Of a stretch of DNA of 64,000 bases, positions 53,709 through 64,000 are shown piece by piece (the first letter of the stretch is position 1; each line of letters starts with the position of its first letter). The DNA lies in assembly GCA_002633005.1 (NCBI GenBank), contig NMRA01000343.1, positions 393,671 through 457,670 of the forward strand, read 5' to 3'. The notes below the pieces were generated by a model. It was not told where the DNA came from, did no database searches, and saw only the letters and a list, made by a program, of their open reading frames with translations. Made by a program: the position numbers and the translations under genes. This DNA comes from Phoronis australis (taxonomy: Eukaryota; Animalia; Phoronida).

Positions 53709-53878
53709 TTATAAGCATTTGGTCAAGTCATAATCGAACAATGTGGAATTTACCGGACTTTTGGCAAAACATTTTAGTAACTCCGCGTCGCATTCGCACA
53801 ATGCGATTCGGCATTCAATGGGATAAGTCTTGTCCCACGGTAGCACTCTCATCGGGATCAGGTAGTTATGGTTTTCGG
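53709..53878 (-). CDS. Secreted phospholipase A2 terminal coding exon (intact, diverged paralogue)
   Basis: ttttttcag|CC phase 1; ENHNYLIPMRVLPWDKTYPIECRIALCECDAELLKCFAKSPVNSTLFDYDLTKCL*, with the CxCD (Asp99) motif; not in the supplied ORF track. Confidence 0.75.
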
Positions 53879-56862
53879 CTGAAAAAAGAAAACGTACAAT
53901 ATCACTCTATGCCGAGGATGATGAGGAATTGAGTCTCTGTTTTTGTATTCACGGGTATTTGATCCTTCGGTCAAAAATAATGATGATAGTACTGATGAAT
54001 ATGAAGATAACGATGATATTCATGGCCATAATGCCGACTGTGAATGAAGAGGTAAATATTTTACGAAACATCATTGTCCGGACTTTAAAGGAGAATGCCA
54101 CCCGATTTAATTTGTCCTTTTTACCGTCTTAATCGGTCTATATCCACATCGCCTCTTATACGGTCAAGCTCACCTTGCCGAGAGTTGTCGCGTTAACCAG
54201 TGAGGAAGGTGAGAAACGACGCAGCGACGTCAGTGGTTCGTCTGCAGAGTGAATGCTGCTATATTGCGGTGCATCGTTCCCGCTTGTCCGAACTATGACT
54301 CGCATAACAAACGCAGAAACGAATGACTAAAACGGGAAAAACAAAACTTTTGAAAAGTTGACTTGTAGGAGACAAAGCCAGGAAAATTCCAGTGCATGGA
54401 CCTCGGTTCGCTTTTTTGAAAAAAATGCACAAAAGTGGACCTACATGTGACAATGCGCTAAAGACTGTAATAATGGTTGAGATCTTGGCCACATACCTCT
54501 AATATTAAAGTGCTTTTACATGTAACTGGAAGAATAAGCGAGGAACTAGCACAGCCCAATCGCCGTGCTTTCACAGAATGTGGATGGAACGCAGCACACG
54601 GCTCGTTCGCGGCCGAATCCGCACATTCGCTTCACTCGAATTTCGAAAAATAACTCAACGTTTACATCGTTTCTTCAATTTCTCGTGCCCCCGCATATTG
54701 ATCGAGTATGCAACAGAGTACGCGGTAAATACAGGCGGCGGACGAATACCCCCAAATAGTAGCCTACTTTGCTTCGAGAAAGAAGCGAGTTCGCCGGATC
54801 GAGGCCGACTGGAGCTACGATTCGGTATGACAAAGAAAAAAAACACACTGGGCACTGGCGGCCGCAAAACCCGACGTTTTTCCGTCGCGGGAACGTAAGG
54901 GAAGGAGGCGTCAGGTGGCTTTCTAATTATTTTGTCTGACCGACTCAACTGGGCCTTGTGTTAGCGTTTTCATTAATGTATAGATGACAGTCTAATACAC
55001 TCCTTAAGTTGTTCTCTGGTGTAAGTAGGTAAAAATTTTGAACAACATACCAGTCACCACAGAAGACAGCAAAATCAATTTTCTCCTAAATAGTTTTGTA
55101 AAAATTCCAGGTCACCCTCATTCGGCCCATTTTAATTCACGAGAAAAAATATTCATTTGAACGCGCAATTCCATGCCCAACAAGTACCAACCAAGACCTC
55201 ACCAATATATTTTTAAATTTCATATTCGAAATCGTTATTAAATATAACACACTCACCTCTGGCGTTTCCTGTTCCATGACCAAACAAGAGCAAAGTAGAT
55301 CTTTGAAATGCACCCTCGACTGCATCGCAAACGGTGTCCTTCTAGGGGCGTTTACTTGCAGTTAAGAGGCAGTCCATATAAAAACCAGATTTTAAAAAAA
55401 TCAGTTTATACGTCAAAATTCAAAACATCTTCATTTTTGTACATGGTACCGACATTGAAAATAAAAGGGTCAGTGGGTCGTCCCGTTACGGGTAAATCAC
55501 TATCAAGGTCCAAATTTGGTGGCCAATTTTGGTGAAAAATGAAAGCTATTATATAACTATGAAAGCTGGGTTAATTTAAAGTACCACCACTCCAGGTTTG
55601 TAATCTAAAATACTTTTGCACAAGAACACCGAATAAAATGTTGTTTCCAGAAGCATTGCAGTTGTATAAAAGAATACGTAGGCCTACACAATAACTTATG
55701 GCCCCAACCTACTTCTATCATTGCAAAAATCACAAGGAAGATATTAATATTAATTTCTTGAGTAAATTGAAGAAGTAAAAACTATGACATAGTAAAGTAA
55801 GAAAAATTATTACCGTGCTGGTCAAAGTGTTCTAGAAGGTGATGTTTTACATATCTTAACACACTTTAATGAGAACTTTTCTCTAACAATATGATTCTTA
55901 CAAAAGGAAAACGATAAGTAACTCATACTTCAAAGACTTCATTGATGGTATTTGCCTCAGTCCAGTGTTCAACAATAAACAATGTACGTACACTACATAA
56001 TTTCGTACACTCAATCAACATCAAAATTTGACTAAGTTAGAAATGTTTCGGATGGCCTCGAGTTTTGTGTGCCGGTATTACTTGTCGGTTTGCTGCAAGT
56101 CATCTTGAGAGATAGAGCACCTGCCTTTGCAACATCAGCTGTTAAACGACGTGTCTTCTAGGATATTACTGGCTAAGTCCTGTGTGGCATTCTAATGCCC
56201 ACAAATTTGGTAATCTCTTTTGTCTTTGCCAGACTGGATGGATTTAGGATATAACAGTATTGTTCATGAGAACATCAGTATAAATAAGTGCTTGGAGGCA
56301 TTATTTTATTGCATAGGAGTTGAAGGTACGTACATGTACACCACGCAGAGGTACGTACACTATATTTCAATGACAGGTCAGCATGGAGGTACGGCCTTTA
56401 AAATTCACTTGTACATGTACAAAATGTATGGAACGGAAGGTGATTAGTTTATAATCCAGGTAGATTCAGTAGCAACACTTAAAGTAGAAAAAATCAAATT
56501 TCTTTTCAATGATTTATTTCCTATTACGTGTAAACGGATACTCAGATACTAAATATTGTCAGTTCGAAGACTGCACTCAGAAAGATACATGTATGTTAAC
56601 ATACCAGAAAAATGGCCGCACTTCTTCGAACTATGCCCTTGAAATCTCCAGCCACGATTTGAGCGTCTAATCACAGCCCCACCGAGATCTTGTTGAATAG
56701 TAATATAATATAACCGCACTGGTGATTACACCTATAACATATACAGCCGAAAGTTGTTTTCTTTTTTGTCTTTAGACTTTAGACCAGTAAGTTCCTGAGC
56801 AGGCTGCGAATTTTTGACATCGAGCTGTAGGCAGATTTCTTGATTTCGTGAAACAAGCCTTC

Positions 56863-57540
56863 CAGTCTCTGTTAAGGAAAGCAACTCTTTTACGGGGATA
56901 AAAAATAATTTTAAAACTGTTTTTCATAATTTTGATAACTCAACACCCTTGACTCAATTCTCCCTTCCCCGCGATAACGAAATAGCATTGTACAGATCAA
57001 GACGTGGCCTTTTCCTCAACTCTGACAAGTTCAGGCACAACTTTAGTAATGTCTCTCCAAACTGTAAATGTGGTGAACATCAACCTTATTCTCATATTTT
57101 CTTCAAATGTCCCCTCATCGAATCCCTGAGAGACTCACTCTTTCGTGCACTCAATGATAACCAATCAATTGTTAACGCTCTCAATTCTTGTAATAATATC
57201 CCTACTAGAGTTACATTATTATAGAATGGTAGTCCTAACCTTGACTTCGTTCTCAACGAATTCCTCCTAAGCAATGTTAGTAAATTTTTATGTACCGTTT
57301 ATCAATATTGTTGCATCTGATTTCCCTACATGAATCTGTACATATTTTTGTTTTTATACATTTGTAATAGCATATCTAAGTATTGGAATACTTATATTAG
57401 ATACTACTTAATTGTATATACCTCTATGTATATTAGTTTCATTTATGAAATGTTTACCATCCAGATATATTGCTTCGCGGTTTCTGGGTGTTGGTGACAT
57501 TTTTTGATGCTGTAGATAATTAGTCTAATTAAAAGCAATA
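56863..57540 (+). mobile_element. 3' fragment of a CR1-like LINE
   Basis: LNSDKFRHN...SPNCKCGE...HIFFKCP C-terminal CCHC-like motif followed by an AT-rich 3' UTR. Confidence 0.65.
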
Positions 57541-59545
57541 TTATGCAATTTTAGTGACTAGTGTATAATTAATTAAACATATTGCTTGTTTACCAAAATT
57601 TGTAACCTCCTAGGAGTACATGGGAAGTGATTCGCCACATGTCTGTTACCAGTTGTGGGATGTTTATAGTAACAATTGTGCCTTGTTTTGCAAGTGGTGT
57701 TACTTAAAGTCTTTGAAAACCTGTCAGCTTTGGGATGAGGCGTTTCCGACAATAACAATAATCTGTTATTTGTCCATCGGAATTACTCAACTCTTGATTG
57801 TCCTGCACCATAATTGGTAATGACTTGGGTTCATTGCTGGAGTCCAGCAGATTGATTCACAGAATTGTTTTGGAACCAGCGGCTGTTCAGAGAATTGTTT
57901 TGGAAATAGATGTAGCATTTTGGAGGAAGTTTGTGGGTTTTCATGTTTTGAACTATTTCGCCCACCTTTCTTGTGTTCAGTATAAATATTCTGTTAGCTA
58001 CTCTAGAATTCATATTGCTTAGAGAGAGGCTGCTGCTTGCTTCAAAAATATCTCACATACCCAGCTTTGGTAAGAGACAATTTTATTTCTTGATGTTTTA
58101 CTATAAACTTTGACTTAAGAAACAACTATTCTCAGTTCTTTGATTATTTGATTAACTCATAGAAAGCGTTGTAATAGAAATTGTTGTAACTACAAGTTTC
58201 TGCTGACTATTGTTTGCCAAATTGTGAGTTGATATGGTATTATTAGATATGTAATTTTCTGTATTTTAGTATGATGTATTTGGTACTTCAATTTGTATTA
58301 GATATTGTATTATCTTTATTAATTGATTCAGGTTTAACCGTATCATATCGTATCGTATCGTATTGTGAATCGTAAATCGTACACCGTATTGAAAATCGTA
58401 TTATTACTCGTATCATATCATAAATAAAGTTTTATGAGCCACTGTTACGGTATTATTATTATTATTATACGCGTGTAAACCACTGGGTCAACAACAACAA
58501 CAACAAGAGAGACACATCTAATGTGCGTGTGACTGTACGCTACACTGGGTTTGTTATTATTTCTTTGTATGCTCTGTGTATTCTTCAATAAATATATATA
58601 TCACTTAAAAAGCCTTCTGTAAACTGATTTTTAGCCAAACGACAATAGACTAGCTCTGACGTCAATTATGAAGTAACCATCTCCCTTTAAATATCTTACA
58701 AAACAACAGATCTTATGTGCCCATTTTGCCAGAAATGAACATGGCTTCATATTGGAATAAACTCTTCTTCATATTCGAACACTTTAGTGGAGACCTGAGA
58801 CATATAATATATGTCTAAAAATATTATTTTTTTCATTCTGTTGAAAGCAGATTGGCAATTACCACGGAATTGTGCCGAGAGATAAAAATGCGCAAGACCA
58901 GTTGATGTGAGAAGAGGGTCGGTATTTGTTAGTATTTGGCACGCCGAAATACACTAATTTTACCATGGCGGTGAGAATAGCAAAAGAATATTGTACGGTT
59001 AGAAACGGAGCTAGTAACAGGAAAGTCGTTAGGAAGCAAATTACATTTACTTAGAAACGAGTTTCGTACTTAGTTCACATGTTAAACAGGCATCGAACGC
59101 GAAAGCTAGTCAAAAATAACTATTAAGCGATGCCTGACTAACATACCATCACGCAACGTCTGGTACAGAGTTATTCACTTTCCCCTGTGAGGAAACTTCC
59201 AGAATATTCACAAAATTAACGATTTTAAAATTACGAATGAAGGAAAATCGATAATGTGGCGAGCTGTTAACATATCCGATTCGTTTTTCCGAAATTTGAA
59301 ACTTTGGCTGTTATCAACAGAAATTAAAAATCTTTTCGAACAAACCCTCGAAATACCTGGTGTGCAGGTTGCATTCTGTTTCAGAGGCAGAGTAGTCCGT
59401 TTATCGTGCTCCAGGTCTCTTTAATACAATTCTTATTTATACTTTCTTGACAGTTAATTTCAATATCAAGCATTTGGTGGTCAGAAAAAGTTAAAATCCA
59501 GGAGCCCTGAAGACCGCAAATAAACGTCTTGCAATAATTATGAGG

Positions 59546-59737
59546 TTACCCAACGTCATTTATACATGTACACATTTGGTCAAGTTCTAATTGACAAATA
59601 TTGGATTTATCGGAATTTTTGGCGAAACATTTTATAGACTCCAAATCGCATTTGCATAATGCGACGCGACATTCAATGGGATAATAGGACAAGTACCACG
59701 GTAGCCACCAGTTCATCGGATAGTTCTTCTTTTCCTC
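59546..59737 (-). pseudogene. PLA2 terminal exon copy 1, splice acceptor deleted and frameshifted
   Basis: Homologous to 53709-53878 but the pyrimidine tract and AG are missing; one extra base near 59614 relative to copy 2 shifts the C-terminal frame. Confidence 0.65.
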
Positions 59738-60216
59738 GCCACCGAGGACGTTTGGATCTCTGTTTTTTGTAGTTAATAGTGTCTGATCCTTCGGTGAAAC
59801 ATGAACCAGACCACTGCACAAGAAACGATTTTTATCAAGCTAACGACATTGCCGTCGATCGTATCGCGTGTGCTAGCTAGCCAGCAAACTGTATGAAGAC
59901 TATTGTCAAAATATCCAGCTTTGCACCAAGGCTACGTGTGTGCTAGCCTTCATGTATCCAGTAAAAAAGCTTTTAAAGAAATATATCGTGTTTTTTCTAA
60001 TCTAAAATGTGTCCCATAATTCTGTGGTTGCCTCCATGCTGCCAGAAAGAGTCGTGTTTTAAATAGATATACTGTGTTTATCGAGTTATTCCTATCTAAA
60101 GCGTGCTCATAATTTCGACTGAAACACTCTGTATTATTCAACTATTCAGAAACCACATTGCTACAAACCCTTTCAACAGAAGATCCCCGAATTAGGAAGT
60201 CAAGAGGTCAACTTAC

Positions 60217-60350
60217 TGCACGCTGTCAACTTATTCTTGGACTCAGTGTAGAGGTATTTTGTGAAATATAATGGAGTCGCATCGTCCTTGGCCCCACATT
60301 TCTCCATCGCTTGTATTTTATCGTAACATTTGTCGTGGTTGTAGCAACAC
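60217..60350 (-). CDS. Secreted phospholipase A2 catalytic exon (copy 1)
   Basis: tttcag|G TGT...TGC A|gtaagt; RCCYNHDKCY matches CCxxHDxCY (His48/Asp49). Confidence 0.8.
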
Positions 60351-60414
60351 CTGAAACGTGCGTGAAAGTAGAGTAAATCTAGAACCAACATGTATAGTAA
60401 GGCTAGGAACCAAT

Positions 60415-62200
60415 ATTTTTTTTTTTTTTATTCTCCCAGTTCAACATAAGTAAGGACAAAGGTCTGGGATTCCCTTGCCTTACTTTACAATTCAATGAAA
60501 ATAAAGTTTACTAAGTTAAAAATATACGTGAACCGGATTTTGAAATAGATTTAACCAAAGAAAACAAAAACATACAAGACAATATAGTAGTATATGGCTC
60601 TGAAAAAAAAAGAGGGGGGAGAGTATTTTGGAATGATAAAATATCCTTACATTGCTATCAAATTATGCATTTGTGACCACCTGTTTGTAAATTTTTCCAT
60701 TTGTAAATTTTTTGAATAAATATGTTTTTCACTAGAGTAATAACTGTTAATTTCTTTCGTTAATACAATTAAATTTGGAGGTTTACCCTTGAGACGTTGC
60801 TTATATAAATGGAACTTGCTGAGACACAAGATTAAATTTTGAATTGGCTGGCTTCTACATCTGTTTCCAAAGAAAACTGTAAGCACATTTGTACCAAGGG
60901 AAATATTAGTTTTGTTTCTAACCCAACCTTCAACATTGTTCCAAAAATTTTGAACAACATCACATTGCCAGTATAAGTGAAGCAAAGTCTCAGGTTCANN
61001 NNNNNNNNNNNNNNNNNNNNNNNNNNNNNNNNNNNNNNNNNNNNNNNNNNNNNNNNNNNNNNNNNNNNNNNNNNNNNNNNNNNNNNNNNNNNNNNNNNNN
61101 NNNNNNNNNNNNNNNNNNNNNNNNNNNNNNNNNNNNNNNNNNNNNNNNNNNNNNNNNNNNNNNNNNNNNNNNNNNNNNNNNNNNNNNNNNNNNNNNNNNN
61201 NNNNNNNNNNNNNNNNNNNNNNNNNNNNNNNNNNNNNNNNNNNNNNNNNNNNNNNNNNNNNNNNNNNNNNNNNNNNNNNNNNNNNNNNNNNNNNNNNNNN
61301 NNNNNNNNNNNNNNNNNNNNNNNNNNNNNNNNNNNNNNNNNNNNNNNNNNNNNNNNNNNNNNNNNNNNNNNNNNNNNNNNNNNNNNNNNNNNNNNNNNNN
61401 NNNNNNNNNNNNNNNNNNNNNNNNNNNNNNNNNNNNNNNNNNNNNNNNNNNNNNNNNNNNNNNNNNNNNNNNNNNNNNNNNNNNNNNNNNNNNNNNNNNN
61501 NNNNNNNNNNNNNNNNNNNNNNNNNNNNNNNNNNNNNNNNNNNNNNNNNNNNNNNNNNNNNNNNNNNNNNNNNNNNNNNNNNNNNNNNNNNNNNNNNNNN
61601 NNNNNNNNNNNNNNNNNNNNNNNNNNNNNNNNNNNNNNNNNNNNNNNNNNNNNNNNNNNNNNNNNNNNNNNNNNNNNNNNNNNNNNNNNNNNNNNNNNNN
61701 NNNNNNNNNNNNNNNNNNNNNNNNNNNNNNNNNNNNNNNNNNNNNNNNNNNNNNNNNNNNNNNNNNNNNNNNNNNNNNNNNNNNNNNNNNNNNNNNNNNN
61801 NNNNNNNNNNNNNNNNNNNNNNNNNNNNNNNNNNNNNTTAAGTTTCTTTTTGACCATCTCATAATTTCTTTTTTAATATCAACCAACTTGCGATCAAAAT
61901 TTAAAATACTCATTTCCTGGATGTCAGTAGAAAAAACAATCCCGAGCATACTAAACTGTGAGGTAGACCATTTTAAGTCCTTTTCAGAACATACCCCTGA
62001 ATTACTTTGCCTCATAGAACCTATCCAAACACAAGTTGTTTTTTCTAAGTTAGGAGTTAGACCTGAATACTTTGAGAACTGGTCAAGCAGATCAAGAGAG
62101 TTTTTTAATGATCTTTCGGAACCATCAAGTATGATAGCAGTGTCATCTGCATATTGAACTAGTTTAAATTCTTGAGCTCCAATTTGTATACCTTTTATAT
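60415..62200 (-). mobile_element. 5'-truncated L1/Tx1-like LINE spanning an assembly gap
   Basis: IKGIQIG...LVQYADDT...SGLTPNLEKT...WIG, then after the N gap LHLYWQC..VQNFW zinc-knuckle region; poly(A) tail seen as a T run near 60416-60429. Confidence 0.9.
60999..61837. other. Assembly gap (N run)
   Basis: Run of N. Confidence 1.
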
Positions 62201-62899
62201 ATATTTTTTTTGTGCCGAGAGATAAAAATGCGCAAGACCAGTTGATGTGAGAAGAGGGTCAGTATTTGTTAGTATTTGGCACGCCGAAATACACTAATTT
62301 TACCATGGCGGTGAGAATAGCAAAAGAATATTGTACGGTTAGAAACGGAGCTAGTAACAGGAAAGTCGTTAGGAAGCAAATTACATTTACTTAGAAACGA
62401 GTTTCGTACTTAGTTCACATGTTAAAGAGGCATCGAACGCGAAAGCTAGTCAAAAATAACTATTAAGCGATGCCTGACTAACATACCATCACGCAACGTC
62501 TGGTACAGAGTTATTCACTTTCCCCTGTGAGGAAACTTCCAGAATATTCACAAAATTAACGATTTTAAAATTACGAATGAAGGAAAATCGATAATGTGGC
62601 GAGCTGTTAACATATCCGATTCGTTTTTCTGAAATTTGAAACTTTGGCTGTTATCAACGGAAATTAAAAATCTTTTCGAACAAACCCTCGAAATACCTGG
62701 TGTGCAGGTTGCATTCTGTTTCAGAGGCAGAGTAGTCTATTTATCGCGCTCCAGGCCTCTTTGATACAATTCTTATTTATACTTTCTTGACAGTTAATTT
62801 CAATATCAAGCATTTGGTGGTCAGGAAAAGTTAAAATCCAGGAGCCCTGAAGACCGCAAATAAACGTCTTGCAATAATTATGAGGTTACCCAACGTCAT

Positions 62900-63075
62900 T
62901 TATACATGTACACATTTGGTCAAGTTATAATTGACAAATATTGGATTTATCGGATTTTTGGCTAAACATTTTATAGACTCCAAATCGCATTTGCATAATG
63001 CGACGCGACATTCAATGGGATTATAGGACAAGTACCACGGTAGCCACCAGTTCATCGGATAGTTCTTCTTTTCCT
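62900..63075 (-). pseudogene. PLA2 terminal exon copy 2 (reading frame intact, canonical acceptor deleted)
   Basis: EKKNYPMNWWLPWYLSYNPIECRVALCKCDLESIKCLAKNPINPIFVNYNLTKCVHV*; same acceptor deletion as copy 1. Confidence 0.55.
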
Positions 63076-63555
63076 CGCCACCGAGGACGTTTGGATCTCT
63101 GTTTTTTGTAGTTAAGAGTGTCTGATCCTTCGGTGAAACATGAACCAGACCACTGCACAAGAAACGATTTTTATCAAGCTAGTGACATTGCCGGCGATCG
63201 TATCGCGTGTGCTAGCTAGCCAGCAAACTGTATGAAGACTATTGTCAAAATATCCAGCTTTGCACCAAGGCTACGTGTGTGCTAGCCTTCATGTATCCAG
63301 TAAAAAAGCTTTTAAAGAAATATATCGTGTTTTTTCTAATCTAAAATTTGTCCCATAATTCTGTGGTTGCCTCCATGCTGCCAGAAAGAGTCGTGTTTTA
63401 AATAGATATACCGTGTTTATAGAGTTATTCCTGTCTAAAGCGTGTCCATAATTTCGACTGAAACACTCTGTATTATTCAACTATTCAGAAACCACATTGC
63501 TACCAACCCTTTCAACAGAAGATCCCCGAATTAGGAAGTCAAGAGGTCAACTTAC

Positions 63556-63689
63556 TGCACGCTGTCAACTTATTCTTGTACTCAGTGTAGAGGTATTTTG
63601 TGAAATATAATGGAGTCGCATCGTCCTTGGCCCCACATTTCTCCATCGCTTGTATTTTATCGTAACATTTGTCATGGTTGTAGCAACAC
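63556..63689 (-). CDS. Secreted phospholipase A2 catalytic exon (copy 2); upstream exons presumably lie beyond the window
   Basis: tttcag|G...TGC A|gtaagt, phase 2-1; RCCYNHDKCYDKIQAMEKCG...YLYTEYKNKLTAC. Confidence 0.85.
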
Positions 63690-64000
63690 CTGAAACGTGC
63701 GTGAAAGTAGAGTAAATCTAGAACCATCTCCATGATAGCAAGTAACAGCATATGTTCACGAAAACAACAACGGATTTAAAACTTGACATGTTTCGATGTC
63801 ATTTATTAAACACCATCCTCAGAAGTCATAATACAGTGGCCAACTAGCTAGGCCCAGCAACAAGTAATGAAGCACAGATACAGTCAGTTACAGGGAGTGA
63901 CAATGAACTATACCAACAATGACAACCTGTGGTGTGTCAGTTGCCTATTGAGATTGGGCTTGCACCAACTGATATGTAAAGCCTCACGAATTTCTATGGG

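Larger units (their letters stand above)
58871..63726. repeat. Near-identical 1.5-kb direct duplication (58871-60387 and 62211-63726) flanking the LINE
   Basis: Colinear at offset 3340/3339 with scattered substitutions and one 1-nt indel. Confidence 0.95.

Noticed and set aside
60832-62015. Long ORFs of 295-341 aa in the supplied track
   Set aside because: Artefacts of translating the N gap; the flanks belong to a LINE ORF2

Overview
Intron-rich animal (probably invertebrate) genomic DNA with three host loci and many transposon remnants. (1) Plus strand, 3282-8648: the last three coding exons of a flavin reductase/BLVRB-like gene. (2) Minus strand, 48505-10391: a complete AMPA-type ionotropic glutamate receptor gene, which I could thread exon by exon with consistent GT-AG phases (17 coding exons per transcript, about 923-924 aa, ending in a class I PDZ ligand, TQTNV*). 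(3) Minus strand, 53.7-63.7 kb: tandemly duplicated secreted phospholipase A2 exons interrupted by LINE fragments. Main finding: the receptor has two intact tandem copies of the exon encoding the M3 gate (SYTANLAAF) plus the start of the S2 ligand-binding lobe (21179-21380 and 19170-19368). They share splice phases, cause a frameshift if both are included, and differ at ligand-contact positions, so they look like a mutually exclusive exon pair at a different place from vertebrate flip/flop. A 33-nt intronic RNA duplex could loop out the first copy. The predicted ligand pocket is also atypical (Asp and Phe at the GluA2 E705 and Y732 positions, His at Y450). All alignments were done by eye; no database searches or folding computations were run.
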